NCBI GenBank assembly: GCA_963666735.1
Contig: OY762926.1
Location: forward strand, 3,483,324 to 3,547,323
DNA from: Gemmatimonadota bacterium
Lineage (GTDB): Bacteria > Gemmatimonadota > Gemmatimonadetes > Palauibacterales > Palauibacteraceae
Reading direction: 5' to 3'
DNA: 64,000 nt
Shown: positions 1-9,756 of the stretch, one piece after another
Position numbering within the stretch: position 1 is the stretch's first letter
Layout: each line of letters starts with the position of its first letter
Program-made: the position numbers and the translations under genes
The notes under the pieces: model-generated
What the model was told of the DNA's origin: nothing
The model's input: the letters and a program-made list of their open reading frames with translations, nothing else
Database searches by the model: none

Positions 1-235
1 GCGCGTCGGACACGAACTCGATCCCGGCCCGCTCCAGCGCCTCGCCTTCGATGACCGTCGTGTTGGCCGCCACGGTCCACTCGGGCTCGGCCAGGCGGTG
101 GGCGGTGACGACGAGTCCTTCGAGGCTGATGGGCTCCTGAGCGCGAAGCGGGGGCGCGGCGAAGACGGCGCAGGCCGCCGCGGCTACAGCGAGTCCGTGA
201 AGGGGGCACCCGCGCGCCGGATTCACATGTCTCAT
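1..235 (-). CDS. TonB-dependent receptor, N-terminal fragment (BtuB-like; runs off the window)
   Basis: Absent from the ORF track. The reverse complement from the ATG at 235 reads MRHVNPARGCPLHGLAVAAAACAVFAAPPLRAQEPISLEGLVVTAHRLAEPEWTVAANTTVIEGEALERAGIEFVSDA. That is a signal peptide followed by a plug-domain-type N-terminus, and a cobalamin riboswitch lies immediately upstream. Confidence 0.7.
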   Translation of the reverse strand, partial: MRHVNPARGCPLHGLAVAAAACAVFAAPPLRAQEPISLEGLVVTAHRLAEPEWTVAANTTVIEGEALERAGIEFVSDA

Positions 236-239
236 CTCG

Positions 240-525
240 GTTCTCCCTTTTCGCGGAAAAGGAGAGGGAGGTTCCCGAGGTGTGCCGGACCCGGAATACG
301 ACCCCTCACCTCCCCGCGGAGGTGTGTCGTGGGCGCCGGATGGGCACGTCTCCTGGCTCGAGGCCGCCGGGGCTCGCCTTCCCGGGACCCGCGTGGATCC
401 CAGTGGCACGTCCGAGTCGGCGTTCCGGGAAAAACCCGGTCCTCTCACAGTGGCGGGGCCGCGCCGGATTCACACCGGCTTCCGTGAGCCCCTCCGGCCG
501 ATTCTGTCGTGCCCCGAGGATGCGC
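240..525 (-). promoter_or_regulatory. Cobalamin (B12) riboswitch plus expression platform
   Basis: The minus strand reads GGAAGCCGGTGTGAATCCGGCGCGGCCCCGCCACTGTGAGAGG (441-483) and a B12-box-like GAGCCAGGAGACGTGCC (343-359). The 5' GGGGCAC (about 509-515) can pair with GTGCCC after the B12 box. A downstream hairpin, UCUCCUUUUC-CGCG-AAAAGGGAGA (242-265), covers the GGGAG Shine-Dalgarno 7 nt before the receptor ATG. Confidence 0.8.
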
Positions 526-640
526 CGGCCGCCCCCCCCGGTCAACTCCGGGCCTCTCCTTGACGCGCCGTTGATCCGCGCGCGTACATCGAGGGGGCGT
601 TAGCTTCGCAAGCGACATCGGCGGATGAGGAGACGGCGAG

Positions 641-868
641 ATGACGGCTGAGATGTGGACGATCATCGGGGCGGTGATCGGGCTGGCTGCCGCGATCCTG
701 CCGGGGCAGTACGCGATCCGGCGGGACTTGGCGGCGCTCACGGGCGAAGTAGGCAATTTCCGCGAACGCATGGGGCGCGAGATCGGGGATCTGCGCGAGC
801 GGATGGCCAGACTCGAGGGGTTGTTCGAGGGCTTCGCGCGGCGGCGGAAGAATCCGAAGACGGCCTGA
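641..868 (+). CDS. Small membrane-anchored coiled-coil protein, function unknown
   Basis: 75-aa ORF with a GAGGAG Shine-Dalgarno about 9 nt upstream and G/C-rich third codon positions. It has an N-terminal hydrophobic helix (WTIIGAVIGLAAAILPG) followed by a heptad-like segment, RERMGREIGDLRERMARLEGLF. Confidence 0.5.
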   Translation: MTAEMWTIIGAVIGLAAAILPGQYAIRRDLAALTGEVGNFRERMGREIGDLRERMARLEGLFEGFARRRKNPKTA

Positions 869-916
869 CCCCGCTTGGCGTCGCCGCAGCCTGATCGGCG
901 CGGGCGGGAAGGCGCG

Positions 917-2134
917 TCAGGACAGCTCTTCCACCCGGTGGCCGAGGTCGCGGAGCCTGGTGACGATCGCCGCGATGTGGTCGGGACCCCGCGTCTCGAT
1001 CGTGAGTTCGATGCCCACCCCGCCCACCGAGATGTCCCCGAAGGCGCGCGTGTGTTCGACATGCAGCACGTTCGCGCCCTCGATCGCGACGAGGGCCGTC
1101 ACCTCGTTGAGGTAGCCGGGGCGGTCGCGAACGACGACCGTGAGACACGCGAGCCGGCCATCGGCCCACAGCGCCCGGTCGATGACCCGCGACACGAGGT
1201 TCATGTCGATGTTGCCGCCCGAGAGGACGCAGACGGTGACATCGGACGAGCGGAGATCGATCTTTCCCTCGAGGACGGCGGCCACGGACACCGCTCCACC
1301 GCCTTCGACGACGAACTTCTCGGACTCGAGGAGGAAGAAGATCGCGCGGGTGATCTGTTCCTCGTCGATGAGGGCGATGTCGTCCACCAGCGTTGCCAGG
1401 TGAGGGAAGGTGAGGTCGCCGATTCGCTTCACGGCGATGCCGTCCGCGAGCGTATCGGAGTTCTCGAGATGTACGGGCTTTCCGGCGGCGAGCGACTCCC
1501 GGGCCCCCGGTGAGGCCGCAGCCTCCACGCCGATCACGCGCACGTCTGGGCGCTGCGCCTTCACGGCGGTCGCGATCCCCGAGATCAGCCCGCCTCCCCC
1601 GATGGGGACGATGACCGTCGTGAGGGCGGGCGCCTGCTCGAGGATCTCCAGGCCGATCGTCCCTTGGCCCGCCATTACATCCAGGTCGTCGAAGGCGTGG
1701 ACGGACGTGAGCCCCTCCTCCCGGGCCAGGCGATCGACCAGCGCCATCCCGTCGGAGAGCGTCTCGCCCGTCTGGATCACGTGGGCGCCGTAGCCGCGGG
1801 TCCGGGCAACCTTGATGAGCGGCGCGTGGACGGGCATCACGATCGTGCATGCGATCCCCAGCCGGGCCGCGTGCCAGGCGAGCGCCTGGGCATGATTCCC
1901 GGCGCTCGCCGCCACGACACCGCCCTCGCGGGCGGCCGGGCCCAGGCGCAGAAGCTTGTTGAGCGATCCCCGGTCCTTGAACGATCCGGTGCGCTGCCGG
2001 AACTCGGTCTTGAGATGGAAGCGGCCATCGGCGCGCGCCTCCAGGGCGAAGGACTGCGGGCACGTCGTCCGCGCCACACCGGAACGGATCCGTTCGCGGG
2101 CCGCGACGATGTCCTGGTTTCTGAGCATGAGCAT
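917..2134 (-). CDS. ilvA: Threonine ammonia-lyase (threonine dehydratase), short form with C-terminal ACT-like domain
   Basis: Carries the PLP-lysine motif SFKDRG, the glycine loop PIGGGGLISG, and a C-terminal regulatory domain (ACLTVVVRDRPGYLNEV). Confidence 0.88.
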   Translation of the reverse strand: MLMLRNQDIVAARERIRSGVARTTCPQSFALEARADGRFHLKTEFRQRTGSFKDRGSLNKLLRLGPAAREGGVVAASAGNHAQALAWHAARLGIACTIVMPVHAPLIKVARTRGYGAHVIQTGETLSDGMALVDRLAREEGLTSVHAFDDLDVMAGQGTIGLEILEQAPALTTVIVPIGGGGLISGIATAVKAQRPDVRVIGVEAAASPGARESLAAGKPVHLENSDTLADGIAVKRIGDLTFPHLATLVDDIALIDEEQITRAIFFLLESEKFVVEGGGAVSVAAVLEGKIDLRSSDVTVCVLSGGNIDMNLVSRVIDRALWADGRLACLTVVVRDRPGYLNEVTALVAIEGANVLHVEHTRAFGDISVGGVGIELTIETRGPDHIAAIVTRLRDLGHRVEELS

Positions 2135-2173
2135 GAAGACCCGGCTGACGGTGACGAGGTTCCGCGGCAGGCG

Positions 2174-3226
2174 TCAGGACGCGAGTCGCCGAAGTTGGTG
2201 GATGGCGCCGCCGGCGTCGAGATGGGTCAGGTCGATCGCGTGTCCGTCCTCGCCCCCTTCCTCGATCCAGCGGCCGACCATCGCGCTGGGCACGGATTCG
2301 CGCGGCGAAAGCACCGCGGGCGTCCGCAACTCCGCCACGCGCACGGCATAGCAGGCGTCTTCCACGGCCTCCTCCCAGGCGCCTTCGATCCACTCCACGC
2401 GATGCCGCCGGAGCACCTGTCCGCGCGCGACGGGCTGGAGCGTGCGGTGCGTATCGGCCACGCCCGGAAGTACGATGAGCCACGAGCGCGGTTCGGCTCC
2501 CGGCTCCAGCGAGAAGCGGAGTTCCTCCAGTTCCTCGATCCAGTCGAGACGCAGTTGCGCCTCCGCGGCCCGCTCGAACTCCAGCCGTTCGGAGGCGGCG
2601 TCGCGCGCCGCCGTGAACCGGTCCAGAAGTTCCCACGCGTAGTCGCGGTCGACGAGCAGGCGCCCGGCCGCTTCCGCCTGCCGACGATAGCCGTTGAGTC
2701 CCACGCGTCGCGCGCAGGGCGCGGTGCAAAGGCCCATGTCGAACTGCATGCAGGGGCTCCGGGCGGCGTCCGGGCGCACCGATTCGGCGCAACTCCGCAG
2801 CCGGAGGATCTTCTCCACGAGGCGACGGACGCGCTCGGGCAAACGACGACTGGAGAACGGACCGACGTAGCGGGCCTGGGCCCGGCGCGTCCGGCGCACG
2901 ACGCGCAGCCGCGGGAAGGGTTCGTTCCGGCGGAGTTCCAGATACCAGCCGGTGCCGCGCCGCTTGAGCGCCTTGTTGTAGGGCGGACGCTGGCCGAGGA
3001 TTCGCTCCGCCTCCAGGAGCCGCGCCTCGAGGTCGCTCCCGGTCGGGTGTGCCTCGACGCCCCGGGCGATCCGCAGCATCTCGGCCAGACGCTCGTTCGA
3101 TGGCCCGCCCGAGTAGAAATAGCTCCGGACGCGCCGCCGCAGGTTCACGCTCTTCCCCACATAGAGGGGATGCCCGTGTGCATCCACGAAGACGTAGACG
3201 CCCGGGGTCGCGGGAAGGTCGGGCAC
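2174..3226 (-). CDS. GIY-YIG nuclease, UvrC N-terminal-half homologue (Cho-like excinuclease)
   Basis: GIY-YIG motifs (PGVYVFVD...PLYVGKS.NLRRRV) are followed by a Cys-rich region ([13 protein letters not shown]) and a UVR-like segment ([17 protein letters not shown]). At 350 aa it lacks the UvrC C-terminal half. Confidence 0.72.
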   Translation of the reverse strand: MPDLPATPGVYVFVDAHGHPLYVGKSVNLRRRVRSYFYSGGPSNERLAEMLRIARGVEAHPTGSDLEARLLEAERILGQRPPYNKALKRRGTGWYLELRRNEPFPRLRVVRRTRRAQARYVGPFSSRRLPERVRRLVEKILRLRSCAESVRPDAARSPCMQFDMGLCTAPCARRVGLNGYRRQAEAAGRLLVDRDYAWELLDRFTAARDAASERLEFERAAEAQLRLDWIEELEELRFSLEPGAEPRSWLIVLPGVADTHRTLQPVARGQVLRRHRVEWIEGAWEEAVEDACYAVRVAELRTPAVLSPRESVPSAMVGRWIEEGGEDGHAIDLTHLDAGGAIHQLRRLAS

Positions 3227-3267
3227 CCATTTCGGAACCGGCGTCGCGCGCGCGATCGCGAGACCTC

Positions 3268-3291
3268 CTCTGTCTTCGGCTCTGTCTTCAG
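3268..3291. repeat. Tandem direct repeat CTCTGTCTTC(gg)CTCTGTCTTC(ag) in the divergent intergenic region
   Basis: Read directly: 3268-3277 and 3280-3289 are identical 10-mers with 12-nt periodicity, lying between the GIY-YIG gene (-) and gmd (+). Confidence 0.6.
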
Positions 3292-3435
3292 CCGTCCGTT
3301 TTCCGCAGCCCTGCCGGCGGCGGGACGGGGAATGTCGAATTCGGGTTATCTTCGGTCAAGCGGCGGGACAACGGCGGCCTCGCGTGGGTCGGCGCGGTTT
3401 GGCCCTGGCGTGCCGGCCGCGCATATTCGGCCGCC

Positions 3436-4425
3436 ATGATCGCGCTCATCACCGGCATTACGGGACAGGATGGCTCCTACCTGGCCGAGTTCCTGCTCGA
3501 CAGGGGGTACGAGGTGCACGGCGTCGTGCGTCGTTCCTCGGTGGAGAAGTACGACCGCATCGCGCATCTCCGCGACCGGGTCGCGCTCCACCAGGCGGAC
3601 CTGCTCGATCAGTTGTCGCTCATCCGCGTTCTCGAACGCGTGGAACCCCGGGAGGTGTACAACCTCGCCGCGCAGTCCTTCGTTCCCACCTCCTGGGACC
3701 AGCCGCTGCTGACGGGTGAATTCACGGCGCTGGGCGTCACGCGCATGCTCGAGGCGGTCCGGGCGGTCGACCACGCGATCCGCTTCTACCAGGCCTCCTC
3801 CTCGGAGATGTTCGGGAAGGTGCGGGAAACCCCGCAAACCGAGGACACGCCCTTCTATCCCCGCAGCCCGTACGGCGTCGCGAAGGTGTACGGCCACTTC
3901 ATCACGGTGAACTACCGGGAGAGCTACGATCTGTTCGCGACGAGCGGGATCCTGTTCAACCACGAGAGTCCCAGGCGGGGCCGGGAGTTCGTCACGCGCA
4001 AGGTGAGTTGGGAGGCGGCCCGCATCCATCACGGACTCGTCGACCGTTTGTCGATCGGGAACCTCAATGCGGAGCGCGACTGGGGTTTTGCGGGCGATTA
4101 CGTCGAAGCGATGTGGCTCATGCTGCAGGCGGAGACACCCGAGGACTACGTGATCGGGACCGGCGTGACCCATTCCGTGCAACGGCTGATCGAGATCGCC
4201 TTCGATGAGATCGGGCGGGACTGGCGCGAGCACGTGCAGCAGGATCCGGCGCTCCTGAGGCCGGCCGAGGTCGAGCGGCTCTGCGCCGACCCGTCGAAGG
4301 CGAAGCGGCGGCTGGGCTGGGAGCCGCGCATGTCGTTCGAGGAAATGATCCGCCTCATGGTGCGAGCGGACATCGAGCGGCTCTGCGCCACGGCGGCGCA
4401 CGGCCGCTGTGTCCGGGCGCCCTAG
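3436..4425 (+). CDS. gmd: GDP-mannose 4,6-dehydratase
   Basis: From the ATG at 3436 the protein reads [21 protein letters not shown], with [15 protein letters not shown] and NHESPRRG motifs. The 458-aa track ORF carries a spurious N-terminal extension. Confidence 0.9.
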   Translation: MIALITGITGQDGSYLAEFLLDRGYEVHGVVRRSSVEKYDRIAHLRDRVALHQADLLDQLSLIRVLERVEPREVYNLAAQSFVPTSWDQPLLTGEFTALGVTRMLEAVRAVDHAIRFYQASSSEMFGKVRETPQTEDTPFYPRSPYGVAKVYGHFITVNYRESYDLFATSGILFNHESPRRGREFVTRKVSWEAARIHHGLVDRLSIGNLNAERDWGFAGDYVEAMWLMLQAETPEDYVIGTGVTHSVQRLIEIAFDEIGRDWREHVQQDPALLRPAEVERLCADPSKAKRRLGWEPRMSFEEMIRLMVRADIERLCATAAHGRCVRAP

Positions 4426-5498
4426 GTACGCAGTCTGGCGAAGAGCAGGAGCCCGGCGGCGAAGAAGATGATGTTGGGCAACCAGGCCGCGGCGGCCGGT
4501 GACAGCGCCCCTCCGGCCCCCATCGCTTCGGAGATGCGGATCAGGGTCAGGAAGAGGATCGTCGTGCCGAGCGCGATTCCGATCGAGGTCGGCGCCCCGC
4601 CCCGCTTGTTGCTGTGCGCGAGCGGCATCCCGAACACGGCGATCACGAGACAGATGAAGGGGAAGGCGATGCGCAGCGCGCGGGAGGTTCTCAGCCCGTT
4701 CGTCGTGCCGCCCGACCGTTCGACCGACTCGATGAGGCGACCCAGTTCCGCGTAGCGCATCTCGTCCGGTTCCTTGGGCCTCGCCTGAAGTTCCTCGGGC
4801 GTCTCGTCCAGCTGGCGCACGAACAGTTCGGAAAACTCGTAGGCGGTCTCCTCTTCCGGGCCGCGGAACTCGCGCATCCACCCCTGCTGGAGCACCCAGC
4901 GCGAGGATACCGAGTCGTACTGCGCCGTGTTGGCCGTGATGTGCACGGTGGGGAAGTCGGGTTCCGATCCCTTCCGCTCGATCTGTATGTCATCCATCCG
5001 GCCCTCGCGCGTGTCCAGCAGTCGCGCCTTGTACACGAGGCCGTCGTCTCCCCGGTAGACGAAGGAGTTCCGGATCGTCTGGCTGCGGGCCTCCTCCTGC
5101 TCGAGGACTTCGGCCGATTTCCGGGTCGTCACGGCGACGAGTTCCGTCAGGCCGAGCGCGACGAGACTCAGCAGCGTCGCGCCGCAGAGAATGGGGAGGA
5201 CGAGCCGGTAGAAGGAAACGCCGCCCGCCTTGGCGGCCGCGACCTCGAAGTTCCGGGACATGGAGGCCACCGTGAACACGGATCCGAGCAGGGCGGCAAT
5301 CGGAAAGCCGAGCAGCGACTGGTACGGGAACTCGTACACGTAGTGGAGGATGATCTGGGACCAGGCGGACCCCTGGTCGAGGAATCTGTCGATGTTGTCG
5401 GCGACGTCGATGACCATGAACAGGAACGGCACGCCGAGCGCGCACGCCGCGAAGATCCGCAGGAACTGGAACAGGACGTACCGGTCGAGCAGTTTCAC
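4422..5498 (-). CDS. lptG: LPS export ABC permease, LptF/LptG (YjgP/YjgQ) family; second gene of the pair
   Basis: N-terminus [16 protein letters not shown], about 6 TM segments and a central periplasmic domain. The LptG versus LptF assignment rests only on gene order. Confidence 0.72.
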   Translation of the reverse strand: MKLLDRYVLFQFLRIFAACALGVPFLFMVIDVADNIDRFLDQGSAWSQIILHYVYEFPYQSLLGFPIAALLGSVFTVASMSRNFEVAAAKAGGVSFYRLVLPILCGATLLSLVALGLTELVAVTTRKSAEVLEQEEARSQTIRNSFVYRGDDGLVYKARLLDTREGRMDDIQIERKGSEPDFPTVHITANTAQYDSVSSRWVLQQGWMREFRGPEEETAYEFSELFVRQLDETPEELQARPKEPDEMRYAELGRLIESVERSGGTTNGLRTSRALRIAFPFICLVIAVFGMPLAHSNKRGGAPTSIGIALGTTILFLTLIRISEAMGAGGALSPAAAAWLPNIIFFAAGLLLFARLRT

Positions 5499-5502
5499 GG
5501 GC

Positions 5503-6999
5503 TCAGCGCATCACCCTGGTCGAGCGCGCCAGAGCCACGAGGCCGAGGGCGCCGAACAGGATGTTCGGGGCCCACATGGCCACGAGCGGTGAGATCCAGA
5601 GGCGGTCGGAGAGTCGCTCGCCGCCGATGAGCGACACGTAGTATGCGCCGAAGAAGCCGAGGCTGACGCCGACGACGAGCGCGACGCCCCCGCGCGGGAA
5701 CCGGACGGCGATCGGGGCCCCGAGAAGGACGAAGACGATGCACGCGGCCGGGATCGTCCCCTTCTTGTGAATCTCGACCCAGTACTGGTTGATCCGGCGA
5801 AGGCCCGTGTTCTCGCGCTCCGCGTAGGACTGGAACTGGTTCGCCGCATCGAATGCGGAGTAGAAGCGGCGGGCTGCGCTCTCGGCGACCTGTGTCGTGG
5901 AGTCCGGCGCGGTGGCCTGGATCTCGCGCCGCGCGGGCGCCCCCGATGCCGCGGGAAGGTCGTCTTCCCCGTCGCGGCGATCGACTTCCCGCGCGGGAAT
6001 GTCGCGTTTCAGGTCGGGGATGTCCCCATTCCAGTCGGGGGTCTCGCCTCCCCGGATACGGGTGCCGCCCGCCGGCCCGGCCCCGCCGCGAACCGGCGCG
6101 TCCGCCAGAGGCTGCTCGAAATCCAGCAGCATTTCGGTGATCGCCCGGGCGTATACCAGGCTCTCCGAGCGCGCCGCGTCCGCCATCTCCCTGCCGCGAT
6201 CCGCCTCCGCGCGCATGTCGGCGATGTTCATTTCGCGGTCGCCGCGTATGGCGGCGGTATCGCGCTCGAGCCCGTTCGCCACATCCGGGATCTTGAGCAG
6301 CATCCGCTCGAAGGCGATGCGCCGAAAGGCGTGCGGGCGCTCGTTCAGCCGCACCTGGACGACGCCGTCCTCGAGATCGAAGTAGAGGTCCTCCCCTTCT
6401 TCCGAGAAGCCCATCTTCCCGCGCGCCGCGTAGATGGAGCGGCTCTCCTGGCCGTTTCGCTCATCGTAGATCGCGACATCGTGGACCACGCTCTCTTCCC
6501 GGTCGATCGTGCCGGGGTGCACGTACACATAGGACGGCAGCACCTCATTGATCGTATGTTCCCGAAGGTTGAAGGTCGGCGTCTTGCGGCCGATCCCCGT
6601 GAGCAGCACCTGCAGGTGATGATTCGACTGCGGCAGGACCGTGTTGTTGAACCAGGTCATTCCGCCGGCCAGGATGACGGCGCAGACGAGGAGCGGGGCC
6701 ATCACGCGCGACAGCGGGATGCCGCTCGCCTTGACGGCGGTGATCTCGAAGTCGCCCTCCATCCGGCTGAAGACGTACAGGACCGCGATGAGCACGGCCA
6801 TCGGCAGGGTCTGCGCGATGATGAAGGGGATCGAATAGACGAAGACCTCGGCGATCACGGTCCACTCGAGGTCCTTGCCGATGAGCCGCTCGAAGCGCTT
6901 GCTCACCTGATCGAGGAGGAGCAGCACCGTGGTGCCGATGATGGCGAAGATGAACGGTCCGGCGTGACGGCGCAGGATATAGCGGGTAAGAGTTCGCAT
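5503..6999 (-). CDS. lptF: LPS export ABC permease, LptF/LptG family; first of the pair, with an enlarged periplasmic domain
   Basis: I start the gene at the ATG at 6999 (MRTLTRYILRRHAGPFIFAIIG). The Arg-rich 83-aa extension of the track ORF upstream of this ATG was rejected. The protein is 498 aa, against the roughly 360 aa typical of the family. Confidence 0.72.
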   Translation of the reverse strand: MRTLTRYILRRHAGPFIFAIIGTTVLLLLDQVSKRFERLIGKDLEWTVIAEVFVYSIPFIIAQTLPMAVLIAVLYVFSRMEGDFEITAVKASGIPLSRVMAPLLVCAVILAGGMTWFNNTVLPQSNHHLQVLLTGIGRKTPTFNLREHTINEVLPSYVYVHPGTIDREESVVHDVAIYDERNGQESRSIYAARGKMGFSEEGEDLYFDLEDGVVQVRLNERPHAFRRIAFERMLLKIPDVANGLERDTAAIRGDREMNIADMRAEADRGREMADAARSESLVYARAITEMLLDFEQPLADAPVRGGAGPAGGTRIRGGETPDWNGDIPDLKRDIPAREVDRRDGEDDLPAASGAPARREIQATAPDSTTQVAESAARRFYSAFDAANQFQSYAERENTGLRRINQYWVEIHKKGTIPAACIVFVLLGAPIAVRFPRGGVALVVGVSLGFFGAYYVSLIGGERLSDRLWISPLVAMWAPNILFGALGLVALARSTRVMR

Positions 7000-7105
7000 C
7001 GCCCCGAGATTACTGTGTTTTGGGGCCGTTGTCAGCCCGGGCGGGTCTTCCCGGGGCCGGTTCGGCCCCGAGGTTTCGTCACGATCCGCCAGCCCATGTA
7101 CCGGA

Positions 7106-8167
7106 ATGCAGGCCGATAGATCCCCCCGAGGCGCGGGCGCTCCGCCGCGCCGGGTCGCCCTCGTGCTCATGAGCGCGGTGGGAAGCACCGTCCAGGGGTT
7201 GCCCGTTGTAGCGTCCCTCCGGCGGGCCTGGCCCGCCGCACACATCACTTGGGTGCTGCAACCGGGTCCGGCCGCGCTGATGGCCGGCCGGCCGGACGTC
7301 GACCGGCTCCTGCTCTTCCACCGGCGGCTCGGCGCCCGTGCCTATTCCCGCTTTCGTCGCGAAGTGGCGGGAGAAGCGTTCGATCTCGTCATCTGTCTGC
7401 AGCCGAACTTCAAGGGAGGGATGGTCACGCGTCTCCTCCGCGCCCCGGAGCGCCTGGGTCACGACCGCGCGCGCGCCCGCGACCTGAGCTGGATGGCCAC
7501 GAACCGCCGCATCCCGCCGGCTCCCGTGGCCCACACTCAGGACGAACTGTTCGAGTTTCTCGATCATCTCGGCGTCCCGCGACGCCTGGAGTGGCGTTTT
7601 CATTTCACCGAAGAGGAGCGGCGGGTTTCGGCGCGGTGGCGGGAGGGATTCGCGCGCCCGGTGCTCGCGGTCGTGCCGCGGAGTTCCAATCCCCGGAGGA
7701 ATTGGACCCTCGAGGGGACCGCGCGGGTAATCGACGTGGCGGCCGGTGATCTGGGCCTTCAGCCGGTGCTCCTGGGAGGAGACTCCGAAGAGGAACTGCG
7801 GGATGCCCACCGACTCGAGAAGTTGTGCGGGGTTCCGCCGCGCGTGGCGCTGGGAGGGACGCTGAGGGAGTTGGCGGGCCGGCTCTCCGCGAGCGATCTC
7901 GTGCTGGCGCCGGACACGGGTCCCCTGCACATGGCGGTGGCGCTGGGGACGCCGACCATCGGACTGTACGGGTATACGGACCCGGAACGCAGCGGTCCCT
8001 ACGGGCGGTTCACGGATCTCACCGTGGACCGGTTTCGTGGCCCGGCCGGCCCCGACGGCGAGCGAAGGCCGTCCCGGGCCACTCGACCCGGACGCATGAG
8101 GAGGATCCGGGCCGAGGAGGTCGTGCTTAAGCTGGAGGGAGCCATCCGTTCATATCTGAACACCTGA
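7106..8167 (+). CDS. Glycosyltransferase family 9 (ADP-heptose:LPS heptosyltransferase-like)
   Basis: GT9-type N-terminus (RVALVLMSAVGSTVQGLPVVASLRRAWPAAHITWV) and C-terminal DTGPLHMAVALGTPTIGLYG. Confidence 0.78.
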   Translation: MQADRSPRGAGAPPRRVALVLMSAVGSTVQGLPVVASLRRAWPAAHITWVLQPGPAALMAGRPDVDRLLLFHRRLGARAYSRFRREVAGEAFDLVICLQPNFKGGMVTRLLRAPERLGHDRARARDLSWMATNRRIPPAPVAHTQDELFEFLDHLGVPRRLEWRFHFTEEERRVSARWREGFARPVLAVVPRSSNPRRNWTLEGTARVIDVAAGDLGLQPVLLGGDSEEELRDAHRLEKLCGVPPRVALGGTLRELAGRLSASDLVLAPDTGPLHMAVALGTPTIGLYGYTDPERSGPYGRFTDLTVDRFRGPAGPDGERRPSRATRPGRMRRIRAEEVVLKLEGAIRSYLNT

Positions 8168-8177
8168 AAGGCCGTAC

Positions 8178-9752
8178 ATGACCGAAGGGACGAAGACGGT
8201 GGCGGGCCGGATACTCTGGGTGGACGACGAAGTCGACCTGCTGCGTCCGCATCTCATGCTGCTGCGGTCGTCGGGGTATCGCGTCGATGCGGTGATGAAC
8301 GGCCAGGACGCGATGGAACTCCTGACGGCGGTGTCCTACGATCTCGTGCTGCTGGACGAGCGGATGCCGGGGCTGCGCGGGATCGAGGTTCTCGACCGCA
8401 TCCGGAGTTTTTCCCCGCGCCTCCCCGTGGTGATGGTCACGAAGAGCGAAGAGGAATCGACCATGCACGAGGCGATCGGACGGCGGGCGGACGACTACAT
8501 CGTCAAGCCGACGAGCCCCCGGCAGGTGCTGTCGGTCGTGACCCGGCTCCTCGCCGGCCCGGCGCTGCGCCACGAGCACATCACGCGCGATTTCTCACGG
8601 CGTTTCGGCGAGTTGCGGGAGCGGGTCTCCACGGCGGCTTCGTGGCGGGACTGGGCCGACCTGTACTCCGAGCTGGTCGACTGGGATCTGAGACTGGAGG
8701 AGGCCGGCGAGTCGGGCCTGCGCGAGATCCTCGGTGGGCTGCACACCGACCTGAGCCGAGGGTTCTGCGATCTCGTGGCGGATCAGTACGGTGAGTGGGT
8801 GCACGAAGGGGGCGAGCGGGGCCCGACCCTCTCGGTGGACGTGCTGCCCCGCTTCTTTCGACCGATCCTCGACGAGGATCCGGCGGCGCTGCTCGTCGTG
8901 ATGGATTGCATGCGGCTCGACCAGTGGCGGGCGGTCCTCCCCATCGTCAGCGAGTACTTCGAGATCGAGGAGGCGCTCTACGCGGGCCTCCTGCCCACGG
9001 CGACCCCGTTCGCGCGCAACGCGATCTTCGGGGGCATCTTCGCGGACGAACTCGCCGAGCGTCGTCCGGAATGGTGGGAGAGGGGAAGCGAGACCGGCTA
9101 CAACTCGTTCGAGGACGAACTCTTCGAGCGGCATATCCACGAACTGACCGCGTCGCGGATCCCCGTGCACTACGAGAAGATCTTCTCGGCCCAGGAGAGC
9201 GAGCCCATGCTGGCGCGGCTCGGCGGTTACCTGTCGTCCCCCTCGGCCACTGCGCTCGTGTTCGGATTCGTGGACATGCTCACGCACGGGCGGGCGCGGT
9301 CGCGCCTGATCTGGGAGATGGCGCAGGACAGCAGCGCGCTGCGTTCGCTGACGGTGACCTGGTTCGAGCGTTCGCCGGCGCTGAAGGCGCTGCGGCTGGC
9401 CGCGCAGCGGGGAGTCCGGGTCCTCCTCACGACGGACCACGGTTCGATTCACTGCCGGCGGCCCGCCACGATCTACGCGGGACGCGACGCGTCGACGAGC
9501 CTGCGCTACAAGATCGGCGACGACATGAAGGTGGAGAACCCGGCCGCGGTCATGTCGACTTCGGACGCGGACGAGTGGCGACTGCCTCCGGGCGGAATGA
9601 ACAAGACCTTCGCCCTCTGTCGCGAGGACTACTTCTTCGTCTATCCGACGAGGCTGCGGGAATACCAGAATCGGTACCGGGACAGCTTCCTGCACGGCGG
9701 GGTGAGCCCCGACGAGATGGTGCTTCCGGCCGCGCTGCTCACGCCGCGGTGA
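8178..9752 (+). CDS. PorX-type response regulator: CheY-like receiver fused to a PglZ / alkaline-phosphatase-superfamily domain
   Basis: Receiver motifs are ILWVDDE, DLVLLDERMPG, VVMVTKS and DDYIVKP. The C-terminal half has PglZ-like LLVVMDCMRLDQW and LLTTDHGS. Confidence 0.78.
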   Translation: MTEGTKTVAGRILWVDDEVDLLRPHLMLLRSSGYRVDAVMNGQDAMELLTAVSYDLVLLDERMPGLRGIEVLDRIRSFSPRLPVVMVTKSEEESTMHEAIGRRADDYIVKPTSPRQVLSVVTRLLAGPALRHEHITRDFSRRFGELRERVSTAASWRDWADLYSELVDWDLRLEEAGESGLREILGGLHTDLSRGFCDLVADQYGEWVHEGGERGPTLSVDVLPRFFRPILDEDPAALLVVMDCMRLDQWRAVLPIVSEYFEIEEALYAGLLPTATPFARNAIFGGIFADELAERRPEWWERGSETGYNSFEDELFERHIHELTASRIPVHYEKIFSAQESEPMLARLGGYLSSPSATALVFGFVDMLTHGRARSRLIWEMAQDSSALRSLTVTWFERSPALKALRLAAQRGVRVLLTTDHGSIHCRRPATIYAGRDASTSLRYKIGDDMKVENPAAVMSTSDADEWRLPPGGMNKTFALCREDYFFVYPTRLREYQNRYRDSFLHGGVSPDEMVLPAALLTPR

Positions 9753-9756
9753 TTCG

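Noticed and set aside
738-3230. 830-aa minus-strand ORF spanning the ilvA and GIY-YIG region
   Set aside because: The product is Arg/Pro/Gly/Ala-dominated with no motifs. It runs out of frame across two genes that have clear family signatures on the same strand. This is a typical high-GC shadow ORF.
4422-4425. Convergent genes sharing overlapping stop codons: gmd/lptG via CTAG at 4422-4425, and the ferredoxin-NADP reductase / ATPase genes overlapping by 8 nt at 48210-48217
   Set aside because: This is real but common in compact high-GC genomes. It implies no room for terminators, but I see no specific regulatory structure.
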